A stretch of 64,000 nt of DNA. Origin: Candidatus Moraniibacteriota bacterium. GTDB lineage: Bacteria > Patescibacteriota > Minisyncoccia > Moranbacterales > GCA-2747515. The stretch covers positions 16,898 through 80,897 of the forward strand of contig JALVQA010000009.1 in assembly GCA_027031495.1 (NCBI GenBank). Reading direction: 5' to 3'. A program made the position numbers and the translations under genes. Under the pieces are notes generated by a model. That model was not told the DNA's origin and ran no database searches. It was given only the letters and a program-made list of their open reading frames with translations. Of this stretch, positions 17,828 to 27,597 are shown in pieces. Position 1 is the first letter of the stretch, and every line of letters begins with the position of its first letter.

Positions 17828-20800
17828 CTAGAGCATGTGCTCTATCTCTTGCGCCTTTTGATTAAGGATATCAATATATGTGTTAATTTCAGATAGGTGC
17901 TTTGAAATCTCTCGCAAGCGAGTATCCGCACTCTTTACACGCTTAAGCTCTCCTTCTTCCATGTCTCTAATCTTTTGCACAACGTCACGCCTACGTGAGT
18001 GAAGTGCCGGCGCACGTTGCTTATCTGCCTTGCGCTGCGTCAATTCTCTAATTTGTTTGTCTAGTTTAGTACGTTCCTTCTTTAATAAATTGTGCTGTGC
18101 GCGCAATTCATCTCTTTGGTCGAGAAGTCTTGCCAGTTCATCCCCTTCCGTTTCCAACGTTTCTCGTTCTTTCTCCAGCGCCTCTTGTTCTTCTAAGATT
18201 GCAAGATAGCGCTCATCCGGTTTGCCTTGCCCAATACGCCGCATAATCTCTTCAGGAAGTGTTACGGCTTGTTTTTTTTCACGTTGGTGAGAGTGTTCTT
18301 TTTTAGATTTCTTTTGCTGGGGTCTTTGTGGTGATGATTCCGTATATGTATCAGGCGTCCTCTCTTGCGTATCATCGCCATGCGAAAACCTCTCACTACC
18401 AAGCCCAGCTTGTGCAAATGCATCTGCTAGAGCATTTATCCTCATACCACTGTCAGTAGCAAAGGAATCCATGGACTGTTTATACTCACGCATACGTGTC
18501 AGCAAGTCCTTAAACAGGCGCTGCATTTGTACTTCTTGCTCAATGTCAAATGCTCTATTTTCTGTTTCTATATAACTCTTCACATCTTCAAAATAAGAGC
18601 GAAGATAATCAATGTCGTTACTACTAAACGCAACATCGTACCCACGGCGCGCCATGTCTTCTGCACGCTTAAGAAATACCTTGATATCGGACCATTGTTC
18701 TCGTACACGATCACGAAAGGTCTCACGATTGGCAAGCGCTTCCTCTCGCGCCCTTTGAGCCACAACAATTTGTTCATAAATCTCCGTCAAGTGTCTCTTA
18801 TCATGCTCATTAGCATTGGATCTATTCAAAGCACTCTGCACTGTTCGCCTATAGTAATCATCATCACTCGCAAGCTCTTGTGGTATGCCATCATCAGAAT
18901 CAAGCACATTCAAAATCTTTCGCGCGAGTACATGTATCTCCTCTTTTAAGCGCTTACGTTGCTCCTCACGCTCACGCTCCTCACGCAAACGATTCAAAAC
19001 ACCACCGATTGTGCGCTCATATGCTTGCCGAGCCTCTTCTTCAGAAGCAAACCATTTCTGTTGAAAGACACTCTTATACCCGTCATCATAAATCTCCGTG
19101 CGCACGATACCTGGATACATGTATAATGTTTCACCATCTGCTGTATGGTAATATGCCACTGGTTGTTCTTGTGGTTTCGGAATCTCCGTTGTTTCATCAA
19201 GCACTTCAGCATTCCCTAGTGTGCGCTGCTCATGTGCATCCATAAAAGCATGGCGTGCAGCGGTGCGCAAATCATCATCAACTCTTGCAATGATTTCGCT
19301 CATATGTTTTGGTCCTCTCACTGATACAAGGCGCTGGCGCGGTAGTTGTATTTTATAGGTCGATTCTACGGAGTCATCATCTGTACCAATAGCAAACAAT
19401 GCCGCATCATCCAAATGCAATAAATCCGTTTCTTGCCAAAAAGACAAGACATCGACATCACTGTAATCAATTTCTGCAAAGGCTCTATGCCACTGTGCAG
19501 TGTTTGTTCGCTGGTATTCATATGTAATGTCTGCAACGCGCTGACCAAATGCTGCAGATGTTGGATAGAACGTCTCCAATGCTCCCATGCGCTCACGCGG
19601 TATAATGTCTTCCGGTCGTAATATCAGTTGATTGCTATGTCTCTTTATGCCATCGATTGTAGCAAGAGCACTAGAGTCCTCTTGTGCAATTTTATTTAGC
19701 TTTTGAGTATACCAGTCTATTAGTGAACTTATAGGCATATGTGGGCCAAAGCGATCAATGAGCGGTTTTACATTGTCATTATAGACATGCTTGTTTTCAT
19801 CCGCAAAAGGTAAATTTATTGCATTGTGGTAATCATCCACAATAACCCGCGCCCACTCTTTATGTAAATCCGGATTGTTATAAGGTCGGTGTACACGTTC
19901 AAGTATCCGCATCGTCGTGCGCTTTGGCGTTGTTACGTGATTAACGACAATTGTGCCAGCATCTTGATCATAATATGGACGTCCGTCAATATACTCTTGT
20001 AACATATGTGGTGCAACGTCCCTGATGTCAGCGACAGTTACAGGATGCACCAGTTGCCCATAATTACGCGTAATTTCATACCCTCGTCGCGTACCACGAC
20101 CTTCCGTTATTTTTTCTACAAAACACAATTGTATATTTTTTCCGCGTGCAGCAGAACCTGGCGAAAGGTTGATTTCATCGGAAACGCCGTCAAAATGATA
20201 ATACGCTGGCATACCACGTGTATTGTTTGCCGCATACAACAAATGATCAGCATAGCCGGCAAGCAGCGCTCGCGTGAGTGCCTCCCTATCAGTCTTATCA
20301 AGCGTGTTTTTTAGAGCAGCGCGATTAATCTCTTGTCCTGCTGCTCGTGCAAAATCACCAATATGCGATGCAACGTGACGTAGGGCATTATGATTAATAA
20401 ATTTCTCATAACACCATTTACGTAATGATGACTGCCCATTTTCCTCATCTTTTCCTCTTTTTCCATTTTTCTCCCCTCTCTTTTTATTACCATTGCGGTT
20501 TTGAAAAAGACCATTGTCAAGCGCCGCACGAAACACTGCCAGATTTGCAAACCAATCAGAGCTACCTGTACGGAACGGTGCGTGCGCACTATCCGCTTCA
20601 TTTGCCTTTTCTCGCGGACGCACAAAAATAGATTTTCCCTCTCGCGCCATCGTTGCTAAGATAACGGCCGCCTCAAAGCATCCACGCTCTTTCGCTTCTA
20701 AGACAAGGCGCGCTTGTCGTGGCTCAAGGAACGGCATGCTTATCATTTCCTGTCCAATTTCCGTAATGGCGCCATCTGCGTCAGTTGCACCCAAGTGCAT

Positions 20801-22189
20801 AAGGAGTTTTTCAGCATGCATAATTTGCTCCTTACTTGGTGGTTCAATGAACGGAAATTCTTCTGGTGTCATGCCCATGTTGCGCAGACGCAAAACGACC
20901 TGTTCAATACTTGCGTGACGAATTTCTGATTCTGTATGTTCCGGCATCTTCTCCCATTGTTCCTGCGTTATTACACGCACGCATTGACCGGCACGCACGC
21001 GACCGGCGCGACCGGCGCGCTGCTGCGCAGAATCTTTTGAGACAAATGTTGTACCCGTTTCGCGAATACCGGTTTTTGGATTGAAGCGCACACTCCGCCG
21101 ACGACACGAATCAACAACTGTTGTTACGCGTGGCAACGTGAGCGATGTCTCTGCAATATTCGTTGCTACAATCACACGACGATGCCCGGCTGGTGGCGTG
21201 CCAGTAATAGCATTATCACGCTCCGCCGGACTGAGAGCGCCGTGTAATGGGAGAACCTCTACATTCGGCAATGAACCAATTTGCTGTATCGTCTCCTCAA
21301 TTTCCCTTTTGCCGGGCATAAAAACAAGAATATCCCCATCACCACCTTTTGCAACAATCTCTCGTACTACATCCGCTGTCACCGTGATGTAGCCGGTACC
21401 ATTACTCTCACACAACCGTCGTCGCTGCTCTTTTTTCTCTTCGCTACCGAATGTTTCTATCGTCCTAGTTTCCACAGGATATGATCGTCCTTCAATACGC
21501 GCATATTGGTCATCATCCATACTATAGTATTCCTGCACACGATCCTTATCCAGAGTCGCGCTTGTCATAACAACTAGCGGCGCAACACCGCGCTCACGCA
21601 ACACTTTGATCATACCCATGATGAGGTGATAGTCTACGGATCCCTCGTGGAATTCATCTACAATAATAGCGCCGTACGGCGGTGTATATGATGGATCTTC
21701 TCCGGACGCCTTTACCATCTCAGAGAGATAGCGCAGGGCTACACCGGTTGTCACAACAGAGATTTCCGTTCGACTGCTTGTCTCACGTGCCTCTGATGTT
21801 GCCGTGCCAACAGCGCCATTACGCCCCCACGGCATATCTTCAACAGCAGCAATCGCCTCCGAGATGCCATGTGCTGCGGCGATACGTGGCTGCACGGAAA
21901 ACTGCTTTCGTGGCAGGTTGCATTCTTTCAAAATCTCGCGCACCATCCCGGGCAAGAGCACAGACTTTCCGCTGCCGGTTTCCCCTTGAATAAGTACAAT
22001 ATTTTTACTGCTCTCCACCGCGTCACGTAAGAGTTGCATCACACGTTCGCGCTCTTGCCCAATCGGCAATTCACGCGGCACAATAAATTGTTCCAAGCGT
22101 TCTCGTTTCTGCTCCGACAGCGCATCTTGATAGTGATACTCCTTGCGCTCGGCAGGGTTGGAAGATTGTTGATCGCGATTACCTTGCAT
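17828..22189 (-). CDS. DEAH/RHA-box (HrpA/HrpB-like) helicase with long novel C-terminal extension and coiled coil
   Basis: GETGSGKS, DEFH, SAT, FMPG, TNIAETSLT, QRAGRAGR motifs and HA2-like region. Confidence 0.9.
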   Translation of the reverse strand: MQGNRDQQSSNPAERKEYHYQDALSEQKRERLEQFIVPRELPIGQERERVMQLLRDAVESSKNIVLIQGETGSGKSVLLPGMVREILKECNLPRKQFSVQPRIAAAHGISEAIAAVEDMPWGRNGAVGTATSEARETSSRTEISVVTTGVALRYLSEMVKASGEDPSYTPPYGAIIVDEFHEGSVDYHLIMGMIKVLRERGVAPLVVMTSATLDKDRVQEYYSMDDDQYARIEGRSYPVETRTIETFGSEEKKEQRRRLCESNGTGYITVTADVVREIVAKGGDGDILVFMPGKREIEETIQQIGSLPNVEVLPLHGALSPAERDNAITGTPPAGHRRVIVATNIAETSLTLPRVTTVVDSCRRRSVRFNPKTGIRETGTTFVSKDSAQQRAGRAGRVRAGQCVRVITQEQWEKMPEHTESEIRHASIEQVVLRLRNMGMTPEEFPFIEPPSKEQIMHAEKLLMHLGATDADGAITEIGQEMISMPFLEPRQARLVLEAKERGCFEAAVILATMAREGKSIFVRPREKANEADSAHAPFRTGSSDWFANLAVFRAALDNGLFQNRNGNKKRGEKNGKRGKDEENGQSSLRKWCYEKFINHNALRHVASHIGDFARAAGQEINRAALKNTLDKTDREALTRALLAGYADHLLYAANNTRGMPAYYHFDGVSDEINLSPGSAARGKNIQLCFVEKITEGRGTRRGYEITRNYGQLVHPVTVADIRDVAPHMLQEYIDGRPYYDQDAGTIVVNHVTTPKRTTMRILERVHRPYNNPDLHKEWARVIVDDYHNAINLPFADENKHVYNDNVKPLIDRFGPHMPISSLIDWYTQKLNKIAQEDSSALATIDGIKRHSNQLILRPEDIIPRERMGALETFYPTSAAFGQRVADITYEYQRTNTAQWHRAFAEIDYSDVDVLSFWQETDLLHLDDAALFAIGTDDDSVESTYKIQLPRQRLVSVRGPKHMSEIIARVDDDLRTAARHAFMDAHEQRTLGNAEVLDETTEIPKPQEQPVAYYHTADGETLYMYPGIVRTEIYDDGYKSVFQQKWFASEEEARQAYERTIGGVLNRLREEREREEQRKRLKEEIHVLARKILNVLDSDDGIPQELASDDDYYRRTVQSALNRSNANEHDKRHLTEIYEQIVVAQRAREEALANRETFRDRVREQWSDIKVFLKRAEDMARRGYDVAFSSNDIDYLRSYFEDVKSYIETENRAFDIEQEVQMQRLFKDLLTRMREYKQSMDSFATDSGMRINALADAFAQAGLGSERFSHGDDTQERTPDTYTESSPQRPQQKKSKKEHSHQREKKQAVTLPEEIMRRIGQGKPDERYLAILEEQEALEKERETLETEGDELARLLDQRDELRAQHNLLKKERTKLDKQIRELTQRKADKQRAPALHSRRRDVVQKIRDMEEGELKRVKSADTRLREISKHLSEINTYIDILNQKAQEIEHML

Positions 22190-22785
22190 TATTCTGTAAT
22201 CAATTGATTATTGATTGTTATACGTGAAACAAGAGCTGCTGCAGCAATGGCATGTGCCGTGATCCACCATGGCACTGTTTGCGCATTGATGTGTACATGT
22301 TTCTTGTTTTGCATATCAGTTGACAAAATCTTTTGCACAACGGCGCGAGCACGCTGCTCTTGCGACGACGTTGCATCTGACTGCCACCATGCATCCAGAT
22401 CCATCATGCATTCGTTGTCATTACATACACTCTCCTGTAATGCAGGCACATTGTCATCTTCAATATCATCCATCATATTGCGAACCGTTTGTGGACGCAC
22501 AAAATGGTCTTCATCAACAAGAGAAAATACAGTGTAAGACTCCATAGCATTCTGCGAGGGCTGAACCACAACTTCCTGTGCCGTACGCACAAGATGCACA
22601 AGGAGGCGCCACCCTTGCTGCGGCACAGTTTCTTCTGTGCAAAAAACACGCACGCAAAACGGACTCACAAAACCATCTTCTTGCAGTGCCTTGTTGTTTT
22701 TGCGCGCAACATCGGTCGGTATATCATGTGCTATATCAACAGGGATATAAGAAAGTAATTGTTTCACAAGTAAAGTATTTTCCAC
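22189..22785 (-). CDS. Hypothetical protein translationally coupled to the helicase
   Basis: 198-aa ORF whose TAA overlaps the helicase ATG (TAATG); TG-G-TAGAAT -10 upstream. Confidence 0.7.
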   Translation of the reverse strand: MENTLLVKQLLSYIPVDIAHDIPTDVARKNNKALQEDGFVSPFCVRVFCTEETVPQQGWRLLVHLVRTAQEVVVQPSQNAMESYTVFSLVDEDHFVRPQTVRNMMDDIEDDNVPALQESVCNDNECMMDLDAWWQSDATSSQEQRARAVVQKILSTDMQNKKHVHINAQTVPWWITAHAIAAAALVSRITINNQLITE

Positions 22786-22819
22786 ATATTAGTTACTCTC
22801 ATTCTACCACACTTCTTCC

Positions 22820-22875
22820 AATAACTCATAACTCATGATTCACAACCCACCACTCACAACTCATAACTCACTACT
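22820..22875. repeat. Degenerate heptamer tandem repeat, 8 units, consensus CAYAACT
   Basis: aataact cataact catgatt cacaacc caccact cacaact cataact cactact. Confidence 0.85.
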
Positions 22876-22879
22876 AACC

Positions 22880-23980
22880 TCACCGTCCCATGCCAAAAAT
22901 TGCGATAATTAGCCCAACGGCGGCGGTAATCATGGTAAGGACCCACGCGCGCATGACGATTTTTGGCTCCGGCCACCCAATCGCCTCAAAGTGATGATGA
23001 ATCGGTGCTGCACGAAAAACTTTGCACCCAAAGAGCTTTTTGCTTGTCAATTGAACAATAACACTTCCACTTTCTAACATATAAATAAAGACAATAATAA
23101 AGAGTACGAGTACACTATTGGTCAGCATTGCAACAACACCAAGTGTTGTGCCCAGCGCCATGGCACCGGTGTCCCCCATAAAGAACCGTGCCGGATAAAT
23201 ATTAAACCACAGGAATGCCGTCAGTGCGCCGGAAACCGCCATACAGAACGCCGCCAGGTCCACCTTGTTGTGCATAAACGCAATCATCCCAAACGCTGCG
23301 AACGCAATTGTCAGCACACCGGCATTCAGCCCGTCCAATCCATCCGTTTCGTTGGAGGAAATGGCACTGAAGAGAATGACAAAAATGAACAGTGGCACAT
23401 ACCACATACCGATTGCAAAATCACCGACGCCCGGAATATGGAGCATATCCCATCCAAGCTTGCTGTAAAACCACCATGCACCGGCACCGGCAATGGCAAA
23501 TAACCACCAAAACCGCATTGCAAAGCGAATGCCACCACCTTTATTCTTGCCCCAGCCGCGCACGCTGGCGATATCATCAAACAACCCCAGCACACCGCCG
23601 GCAACGAGCGCAAAAAGTGGTAAATACGTTTGTTTGCGTGAAAGAAAGTCAAGGCGTGCAACAAAATTCATATCAAGCCACTGTGCGATCAAGGGAAATA
23701 TATATTGCGAAGTAATCGCCAACAACCCAACCGTCACCCACACAATTACGCCGCCCATCGTTGGTGTGCCATTTTTATGTGCATGTAATTTACTTACGTG
23801 TTTAAGTTTTTTACCATCAACAGCTGTTTTTTTGATTTTAATGCCAATTTTATATTTATAGAGAAAATGCGTCCACACCGGTGCAATAAGAAATGCCGCA
23901 ACAAATGCAATAACACCGGTTACCATTACCTTGATCACGTTAACAACTTCCGGAATCGTTTGAATTTGTGCAAACTCCAT
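22880..23980 (-). CDS. mraY: Phospho-N-acetylmuramoyl-pentapeptide transferase
   Basis: GTPTMGG, GLFDD, NETDGLDGL, FMGDTG, APIHHHFE. Confidence 0.96.
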   Translation of the reverse strand: MEFAQIQTIPEVVNVIKVMVTGVIAFVAAFLIAPVWTHFLYKYKIGIKIKKTAVDGKKLKHVSKLHAHKNGTPTMGGVIVWVTVGLLAITSQYIFPLIAQWLDMNFVARLDFLSRKQTYLPLFALVAGGVLGLFDDIASVRGWGKNKGGGIRFAMRFWWLFAIAGAGAWWFYSKLGWDMLHIPGVGDFAIGMWYVPLFIFVILFSAISSNETDGLDGLNAGVLTIAFAAFGMIAFMHNKVDLAAFCMAVSGALTAFLWFNIYPARFFMGDTGAMALGTTLGVVAMLTNSVLVLFIIVFIYMLESGSVIVQLTSKKLFGCKVFRAAPIHHHFEAIGWPEPKIVMRAWVLTMITAAVGLIIAIFGMGR

Positions 23981-24012
23981 ATTATAGCGGGTTATATAAT
24001 TACTTATCTCTC

Positions 24013-25023
24013 CTACCACTCATAGGCATCCCATGTCCATGTAACAAGTGTTTTCATATCACGCCAGCGCCATGGATCGCCGAGAATAACCGCAACAATG
24101 CGCTTTTCTTTTTTCTCTGGGTGTACAGCCGCCAGAAGGAGCGACTTACCCGCCTGTGGTGTAAATCCCGTCTTAGCGCCAATCATGCCGGGCACGTCTT
24201 GTGTTTCAGCAAATTTGTTTGTTGCCTCTAAAACATGTGTATACGCACCGTCTTTTGATTTAATCTCCGTGCGTTTTGTGTTGAGTAGTTGCCAAATAAC
24301 AGTATCATGGAGAGCAAGAGCTGCAATGCGTCCAATATCGGCCGCGCTCGAGTAACACGCTTTTCCTTCTACCTCAAGACCAGATGGCGTGCAAAAATGT
24401 GAATCCTTCAAACCAAGCTCTCGTGCGCGATCATTCATAAGGTTGACAAACGCCTCTTCTGAGCCGGCAACATACCGCGCAAGAGATCGTGCTGCATCAT
24501 TGGCACTGACAACAAGCATTGCCGTTAAAAGATCACGCACCGTTACAACCTCTCCCGGCGCTAAACGTTTGCCTGTGCATGTTGTCGATGTTTTACAGCC
24601 AACGCGCGACCCTATAACGTGTAACGCCTCTTCACGCAGCGTTACAGGTGCGTCAAGCGCAACACCGGACGTGCGCACAAGATATGCCGTATAAAGTTTT
24701 GTTAACGATGCAATAGGACGATGTTGATGCGCATTCTGATCATAGAGAATCTCACCGGACGCAACATCAATCACAACAGCCGCATGCGCATCTTTCAGAT
24801 AAAGGCGTTGTGCTGATGTTTTGCGTTGTGGCGCTTTTTGCGAGAAGGCGCGCACCGGCACAGCGTGCACAACCGGCGCTTCCGGAAATGTGCGCGACGT
24901 TGACGTACCCAAGACATGAGCCGATAACGTTTTTTGCTGTACATCATGAGCAAAAATATCATGTGCACTGATATAAGTTACAGCAAGAAATACCACTTGT
25001 GCTATGAGTGCAAATGAAAACAT
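24013..25023 (-). CDS. D-alanyl-D-alanine carboxypeptidase (peptidase S11)
   Basis: IASLTK (SxxK), SAN (SxN), KTGFT motifs; N-terminal signal/TM. Confidence 0.92.
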   Translation of the reverse strand: MFSFALIAQVVFLAVTYISAHDIFAHDVQQKTLSAHVLGTSTSRTFPEAPVVHAVPVRAFSQKAPQRKTSAQRLYLKDAHAAVVIDVASGEILYDQNAHQHRPIASLTKLYTAYLVRTSGVALDAPVTLREEALHVIGSRVGCKTSTTCTGKRLAPGEVVTVRDLLTAMLVVSANDAARSLARYVAGSEEAFVNLMNDRARELGLKDSHFCTPSGLEVEGKACYSSAADIGRIAALALHDTVIWQLLNTKRTEIKSKDGAYTHVLEATNKFAETQDVPGMIGAKTGFTPQAGKSLLLAAVHPEKKEKRIVAVILGDPWRWRDMKTLVTWTWDAYEW

Positions 25024-25028
25024 GTCTT

Positions 25029-25613
25029 TTACAAATCTTTAACCTGGTCAATTTTGCGGTGCGCATTAAGCGTAGAAAAATGTGGTAGCTCTTGTGTTTT
25101 TGTAAGACCGAGATGTGAAAGAAAGTCGTGTGTTACGCGGTAGAGATAACTGCGTTTGTTCTGCTGATCCGGCACACGCTCAATCAAACCGCGCATGAGA
25201 AGTCCTCGTAGCGAAAACGAACAATTGACACCACGAATAGCGTCAATCTCCATCCGTGACACGGGTCCGCGATATGCAACAATAGCAAGCACCTCCAGCG
25301 CCGCTTTTGACAAGTCTTCGTTTACCGCATCGGAAAGCATTTTTTCAACAACCTTCTGTGTCTGTGGCGCCGTTGCCATTTGTATAGCATTATTATTCTC
25401 TACCAGAACCAAACCTCGCTTGTCGCGCTTCGCACAAGTTGTGTATGCATCAATTACATCATTCAGCTCCTTATCACTAAAGCCACACACTTTTGCGAGG
25501 CGCGTTTTTTTAACAGGATCGCCAAGCGTAAAAAGAACCGCTTCTAGTAGAGCCATGCGTTCTTTCATCTCATCGGTATCGTAGTTTTGTTGTTTTTGCT
25601 CTTTCTCTGTCAT
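25029..25613 (-). CDS. scpB: SMC-Scp complex subunit ScpB
   Basis: LEAVLF, LS.AALEVLAIVAYRGP.SR.EID.IRGV. Confidence 0.95.
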   Translation of the reverse strand: MTEKEQKQQNYDTDEMKERMALLEAVLFTLGDPVKKTRLAKVCGFSDKELNDVIDAYTTCAKRDKRGLVLVENNNAIQMATAPQTQKVVEKMLSDAVNEDLSKAALEVLAIVAYRGPVSRMEIDAIRGVNCSFSLRGLLMRGLIERVPDQQNKRSYLYRVTHDFLSHLGLTKTQELPHFSTLNAHRKIDQVKDL

Positions 25614-25637
25614 ATTATCAGTGTATCATATTTTACT

Positions 25638-26351
25638 TTAGGACTTTTGACTATCACATTGTGTAATTGTAATATCGTCCGCCACCGCCTCTTGCGTCAC
25701 GAGTACAGCATTTTGCTTTACAAGTTCTAAGAGTGCGAGGAAAGAAACGATTACGTCACTGCGATCACGCGCATTTTTCACAAACTCTGAAAATGCCACT
25801 GTACCACGCTCTTTTAATGATCGCGTCAATGTCATAATACGTTCCTCCAGTGCAACAATTTCCTTCATGTGACGCTGATCAAGTTGTTCCACCGTCGGAA
25901 TTTCAGCTAAAACGCCACGAAAAAGATCCTCGCAGTCCTGCGACGTTATATGTGGTGGTACAAAAACAATCTGTCGCTTGCGTGGCGGCACATTACGCGT
26001 AAAACTTTTGCGCCCGTCAGTCCACATTTTTCCAAGCTTTTGTGCGATATCGGCATATTTCTTGTACTCCTCAAGCTGTAATTCAAGATCTTCAATTTCC
26101 TCCTCCTCTTCTTTCTCAAGAACAAGTAGTGGCAAGAGCGCTTTTGACTTCATCAAAATCAGCCGCGCTGCCATGGAAAGAAAGCCAGCCAAATTTTCAA
26201 GTGTGATATCCTCGCGATGCTCACGCAGATAACACAAATACTGCTCCGTCACTTCCGCAAGAGCTACTTCCGTAATACCAAGCTTTTTTTCTTCAATCAG
26301 TGCAAGTAGTAACTCCAGCGGGCCTTCAAATTTTTGAGTACGAAATTCCAT
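25638..26351 (-). CDS. scpA: Segregation/condensation protein A (kleisin)
   Basis: FEGPLELLL.LI, KSK.LLP, IVSFLALLEL. Confidence 0.95.
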   Translation of the reverse strand: MEFRTQKFEGPLELLLALIEEKKLGITEVALAEVTEQYLCYLREHREDITLENLAGFLSMAARLILMKSKALLPLLVLEKEEEEEIEDLELQLEEYKKYADIAQKLGKMWTDGRKSFTRNVPPRKRQIVFVPPHITSQDCEDLFRGVLAEIPTVEQLDQRHMKEIVALEERIMTLTRSLKERGTVAFSEFVKNARDRSDVIVSFLALLELVKQNAVLVTQEAVADDITITQCDSQKS

Positions 26352-26358
26352 AGTGTTC

Positions 26359-27531
26359 TTATTTCCTCACAATATCTGTGTCACGTATATTCCATGCAAC
26401 ACCTACCCCAATAATTGTTACTGCACTCATTATAGCAAATGGGAAAAACAGTGAAACCGGAAAAAAGTACAAAACAATAGCACATATCATCATTGTTACG
26501 AGAAGGCCTGTGCTGTATGCTGTTCGATATACCAAGATGGCGCCGATATCGTCACATTTGACATGCTTATAGAAAAACACGTCCGACATACTCTCCACAA
26601 GCGCCGCTCCAACACGACTGATAGCAAGTACTATGATCCACGCCATCGCGCTAGCAGGCGGCATAAAAACAATCGTCAAGAGACTGCCCGTCATCAGTAA
26701 AAACCCGCCGATAAGCATTTCACGTTCACCAAAAAACATATCAGCAAGAATGCCGGCAGGATATTCAATTATAACAAACGGTACAAGAATAAGCGTAAAA
26801 ATAAAACCAATTTGTTGCACGCTAAATCCCTGATTCACAAGGATAAGTGGCATGTAAACAACCATTACAGCATAAAAACATTGGAGAACGAATGACATAA
26901 TATACGCACGACGAAACCATGCACTTTGCCATACTTCATGTATAAGCGCGCTGCTACGCATACGCGATACGTGGTGAATATGCTTTAGACGCACAACACT
27001 CAATAATGCACTGACAAAAATTATACTATACAAAACAACGAGCGCACAGAAAACACCACTCATTGTAAAGTGCGCAACGATATAGCCGGCACTGATTGGG
27101 CCGCACAAAAATCCTAGATTGCCGGCACTGAGTATGGCGCCATATACACGCCCATCTTCAGCATCTGTTGAGAAGGCTTGCACAATAATATCCAACGCAA
27201 TAGTCGCTATTGTTGTAGAGATAAGAATGAACAAAGCAATACTGAGCCCCAACCACGAATATGCACTGAAAGTACCGACACTCGAAGCAATTATAACCAA
27301 AAGCAAAAGGAACAAGTAAAATTGTCCACGACCACTATATGCAATAATGCGATACATAAAAAATAGCGCAAACAACGTTGCTGTAGCCACACCAAGAAAA
27401 AGACCACTTACATCACTTGTATTCAAAACATTCTTAAAATATGGTGAGAGGACATAGAGAAATAAACCGACCGCATATCCCATTATGCATTTTTGCGCAA
27501 GCAAAAACAATAAGACTGCTTTCTTCGTCAT
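26359..27531 (-). CDS. MFS transporter
   Basis: About 12 hydrophobic helices; G.LAD..G.R motif. Confidence 0.8.
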   Translation of the reverse strand: MTKKAVLLFLLAQKCIMGYAVGLFLYVLSPYFKNVLNTSDVSGLFLGVATATLFALFFMYRIIAYSGRGQFYLFLLLLVIIASSVGTFSAYSWLGLSIALFILISTTIATIALDIIVQAFSTDAEDGRVYGAILSAGNLGFLCGPISAGYIVAHFTMSGVFCALVVLYSIIFVSALLSVVRLKHIHHVSRMRSSALIHEVWQSAWFRRAYIMSFVLQCFYAVMVVYMPLILVNQGFSVQQIGFIFTLILVPFVIIEYPAGILADMFFGEREMLIGGFLLMTGSLLTIVFMPPASAMAWIIVLAISRVGAALVESMSDVFFYKHVKCDDIGAILVYRTAYSTGLLVTMMICAIVLYFFPVSLFFPFAIMSAVTIIGVGVAWNIRDTDIVRK

Positions 27532-27597
27532 AAGAGCTTAAAAATGTATTATCTTATATCCACCAACGAGTACAATAAGAACAAACGACTGAGAACT

